Positions 61,352-64,000 of a DNA stretch of 64,000 nucleotides are shown one piece after another (positions within the stretch are counted from its first letter, which is position 1; each line of letters begins with the position of its first letter). The position numbers were made by a program, and so were the translations under genes. The stretch spans positions 608,001-672,000 of the forward strand of contig CBDFMQ010000002.1 in NCBI GenBank assembly GCA_965249725.1, read 5' to 3'. The stretch comes from Longimicrobiales bacterium. Lineage in GTDB: Bacteria > Gemmatimonadota > Gemmatimonadetes > Longimicrobiales > Gaopeijiaceae. Below the pieces are notes generated by a model. The model ran no database searches, had not been told where the DNA came from, and worked only from the letters and a program-made list of their open reading frames with translations.

Positions 61352-62209
61352 ATGAGTTTTCCTTCCCGTCGAGGTTCTTTCCGGGAAGGGTCGCTCGATC
61401 AGTACCTCAAGGAAATCAGCCAGTATCCGCTGATCGACAAGGCTGAGGAGGTACGGCTTGCCAAGGGCATCAGGCGGGGTGAGGAAGAAGCGCTCAACAA
61501 GCTCGTTCGCTCCAATCTCCGATTCGTCGTATCCGTCGCTAAGAAGTATCAGAATCAGGGTGTGCCGCTCTCAGACCTGATCAATGAGGGCAACCTGGGC
61601 CTCATCAGGGCCGCCCATAAGTTCGACGAGACCAAGGGCATCAAGTTCATCAGCTATGCCGTTTGGTGGATTCGTCAGGCGATCCTTCAGGCGCTGGCCG
61701 AGCAAAGCCGCATCGTCCGGGTGCCTCTCAACCGCGCGGGGGCTCTCCACCGCATCGGACGTCGGACGTCGGCCCTTCTCCAGGAGTTGGGCCGTGAGCC
61801 CACCGTGGAAGAAATCGCCCAGGATCTCGATATCTCGGAGGAGGAGGTCGAGCGCACGCTAGCGATTTCTCAATCCCATCTGTCGCTCGATGCACCCATC
61901 ACTCCGGGTGAGGACAACCGGCACCTAGACTACCTGCCCGATCAGTACTCGCCCGGTCCGGAGGACCACGCGTACGAGCATGCGCTCAAGGACAGTGTTG
62001 AAGTCGCGCTGTCCACGTTGAAGGAGCGCGAGGCCAAGATCCTCAGGCTCTACTTCGGACTGGACGATCAGGAGCCCATGATCCTCGAGGAGATCGGCTC
62101 TCTGTTGGGGATCACCAGAGAGCGGGTGAGGCAGATCAAAGAGAAGGCCTTGTTACGACTTCGGCACGCTTCGAGGGCACGCTTCTTGGAGACGTTTTTC
62201 CAGGAGTAG
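61352..62209 (+). CDS. RpoD/SigA-family sigma-70 factor lacking region 1.1
   Basis: NLRFVVSVAKKY, DLINEGNLGL, KFISYAVWWIRQ, TRERVRQI. Confidence 0.93.
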   Translation: MSFPSRRGSFREGSLDQYLKEISQYPLIDKAEEVRLAKGIRRGEEEALNKLVRSNLRFVVSVAKKYQNQGVPLSDLINEGNLGLIRAAHKFDETKGIKFISYAVWWIRQAILQALAEQSRIVRVPLNRAGALHRIGRRTSALLQELGREPTVEEIAQDLDISEEEVERTLAISQSHLSLDAPITPGEDNRHLDYLPDQYSPGPEDHAYEHALKDSVEVALSTLKEREAKILRLYFGLDDQEPMILEEIGSLLGITRERVRQIKEKALLRLRHASRARFLETFFQE

Positions 62210-62229
62210 CCCCCGGCGGCAAGAGGTCC

Positions 62230-62325
62230 GTCGAGACCCCCGTCGAGACCCCCGTCGAGACCCCCGTCGAGACCCCCGTCGAGACCCCCGTCGAGACCCC
62301 CGTCGAGACCCCCGTCGAGACCCCC
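62230..62325. repeat. Perfect 12-bp tandem repeat GTCGAGACCCCC x8
   Basis: Counted directly, eight identical units. Confidence 0.95.
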
Positions 62326-62357
62326 GCAACCCCCCGAAAACGCTGCCCTTTCCCCCG

Positions 62358-62386
62358 TTGACACCCCCAACACCCTCTACTATCCT
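62358..62386 (+). promoter_or_regulatory. Sigma-70-type promoter of rplM-rpsI-rpsB
   Basis: TTGACA (62358-62363), 17 nt, TATCCT (62381-62386). Confidence 0.72.
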
Positions 62387-62422
62387 TGATAGCTCTGTCG
62401 TTCAACAATGCGTGGGAACACG

Positions 62423-62851
62423 GTGAAGACATACACTCCTAAAGCTGACGAAATCGAACGCGCCTGGTGGGTCGTCGACGCAGAGGGGAAAACCCTCGGG
62501 CGTCTGGCCACCGAAGTGGCGCGCATTATTCGCGGCAAACACAAGCCGATGTTCACGCCCCATCTCGACGTGGGCGATTACGTCGTGGTCATCAATGCCG
62601 AGAAGGTCGAGTTGACCGGCAACAAAGCCGATCAGAAGACCTACTTCCGGCATTCCGGCTATATGGGTGGCGAGAAGCACATCCCGTTTCGGCGTATGAT
62701 CGAAAGACATCCGGATCGGGTGATAGAATTGGCCGTTCGGGGCATGCTTCCCAAGAACACCCTCGGACGCCACATGCGTAAGAAGCTGAAGGTCTATGCC
62801 GGTGCGGATCACCCGCATCAGAGTCAGAATCCTCAGCACCTAGAGCTCTGA
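62423..62851 (+). CDS. rplM: 50S ribosomal protein L13
   Basis: WWVVDA..KTLGRLA, GKHKP.FTPH.D.GD, GMLPKN.LGR. Confidence 0.97.
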   Translation: MKTYTPKADEIERAWWVVDAEGKTLGRLATEVARIIRGKHKPMFTPHLDVGDYVVVINAEKVELTGNKADQKTYFRHSGYMGGEKHIPFRRMIERHPDRVIELAVRGMLPKNTLGRHMRKKLKVYAGADHPHQSQNPQHLEL

Positions 62852-62871
62852 GCGGAATCGGACACGATTTA

Positions 62872-63264
62872 ATGGCGGAACACAACATTCAGACCGTAGG
62901 CCGGCGGAAGTCTGCCGTTGCCCGCGTAGTGCTCACGCCAGGAAAGGGCGAGTGGTCGGTCAACTCGCGAGACCTGACCGATTATTTTCCCCGTCCCACC
63001 CACCAGCAGCGTATTGAGCAGCCGCTCAAGGCGGTGGAGATGGACGGTCAGTTCGACATCAAAGTGCGTGTGCGAGGTGGCGGACCGACCGGTCAGGCCG
63101 ATGCGGTTCGCATGGGCCTCGCCAGAGCTTTGGTGGAGCACGATGAGGAGCTGCGTCCGGTGTTGCGCGCCGGCGGGTTCCTCACCCGAGATGCCCGGAA
63201 GGTCGAGAGGAAGAAGCCCGGTCGCCCCAAAGCCCGGAAGCGCTTCCAGTTCTCCAAGCGTTAA
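62872..63264 (+). CDS. rpsI: 30S ribosomal protein S9
   Basis: GRRKSAVARV, GGG.TGQA, LTRDARKVERKK, QFSKR. Confidence 0.97.
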   Translation: MAEHNIQTVGRRKSAVARVVLTPGKGEWSVNSRDLTDYFPRPTHQQRIEQPLKAVEMDGQFDIKVRVRGGGPTGQADAVRMGLARALVEHDEELRPVLRAGGFLTRDARKVERKKPGRPKARKRFQFSKR

Positions 63265-63285
63265 ACCGTCGAGACGAAGAAATAC

Positions 63286-64000
63286 ATGCAGCAGCAAGTG
63301 GGCCTAAACGAATTGCTTGAGGCTGGCGTTCATTTCGGACACCAGACCCGCCGTTGGAATCCGAAGATGCGCAAGTTCATCTTCACGGAGCGCAACGGCA
63401 TCCACATCATCGATCTGCGTAAGACGCTGGATCGCTTGATCGCCGCTCAGCAGGCGGTTCGTGAAGTGGTTCTCGCCGGCGAGCATGTTCTCTTCGTATG
63501 TACGAAGAAGCAGCTCAGGGGCATCATCGAGCAGGAAGCCGAGGACTGCGGCGCGTACTACGTGACCGAGCGTTGGCTCGGGGGCATGCTCACGAATTTC
63601 CAGACCATTCGTAAGCAGATCCGCCGTCTCAAGGAGTTGGAGCGGGGCCAGGAAGAGAGCGCCTTCGAGTTCTACACGAAGAAGGAGCGCCTCTTGCTCG
63701 ACCGCGAGCGTCTGAAACTCGACAAGTACCTGTCGGGTGTGAAGGACATGAGTCGGTTGCCTGGTGCTGTCTTTGTGGTCGACGTCCGACGTGAGGGCAT
63801 CGCGGTCCGTGAGGCGCATCGTCTCGGGATTCCGGTCATCGCCATCACCGACACCAACGCCGACCCGGATCTCATCGAGTATCCGGTGCCCGGAAACGAC
63901 GACGCGATCCGTTCGGTGGGGCTGATCACCAAGGCCATCGCCGAGTCGGTCAAGATCGCGAGCACTCAGGTGCCTGTCGAGCAGAAGCGGGCAGTCCAGG
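63286..64000 (+). CDS. rpsB: 30S ribosomal protein S2 (runs off window end; absent from the ORF track)
   Basis: Manual translation: MQQQVGLNELLEAGVHFGHQTRRWNPKM..., RWLGGMLTNF, DTNADPD, PGNDDAIRS. Confidence 0.96.
   Translation, partial: MQQQVGLNELLEAGVHFGHQTRRWNPKMRKFIFTERNGIHIIDLRKTLDRLIAAQQAVREVVLAGEHVLFVCTKKQLRGIIEQEAEDCGAYYVTERWLGGMLTNFQTIRKQIRRLKELERGQEESAFEFYTKKERLLLDRERLKLDKYLSGVKDMSRLPGAVFVVDVRREGIAVREAHRLGIPVIAITDTNADPDLIEYPVPGNDDAIRSVGLITKAIAESVKIASTQVPVEQKRAVQ

Noticed and set aside
62230..62325. CRISPR array (also considered for 2656-2745 and 60273-60356)
   Set aside because: Units are 12-14 bp and contiguous with no unique spacers, and there are no cas genes in the window.

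Overview
High-GC bacterial chromosome segment, probably Gemmatimonadota; this is inferred from gene content and order (recR..mglA, an ADOP permease, a Gemmatimonadota-style Ser/Thr kinase relic, rplM-rpsI-rpsB). The backbone carries housekeeping genes: smc, aroF, yraN, SRP RNA, dnaX-ybaB-recR, mglA, pgsA-like, cinA, grpE-dnaJ, mnmA and a cysteine desulfurase, a TolC/MacA/permease cluster, a large sensor kinase, pntAAB, mscS, thpR, an NtrC/NtrX-type regulator, lepB, a sigma-70 factor and rplM-rpsI-rpsB. The comM gene is split at its N-P-C|P-C-G motif by a ~20.9 kb integrative element (34035-54908). The element has a duplicated GTGT core and near-perfect 21-bp inverted arms. It encodes a large serine recombinase, two VirD4/TraD-like ATPases flanking a membrane protein (one ATPase has a C-terminal nuclease-like domain), YfhO/GT2 glycosylation cargo, a truncated QatA-like NTPase and IS relics. 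Main discovery: the recombinase ORF reads through attL. Rejoining the element ends (attP) fuses it in frame to a tandem-HTH ORF at the far end that has no convincing start of its own. The integrated state therefore encodes a 511-aa recombinase and the excised circle a predicted 646-aa recombinase-HTH-HTH fusion. Also notable are an SRP RNA with a UUGCC loop in place of GNRA and three intergenic tandem repeats sharing a CGTCGA core.
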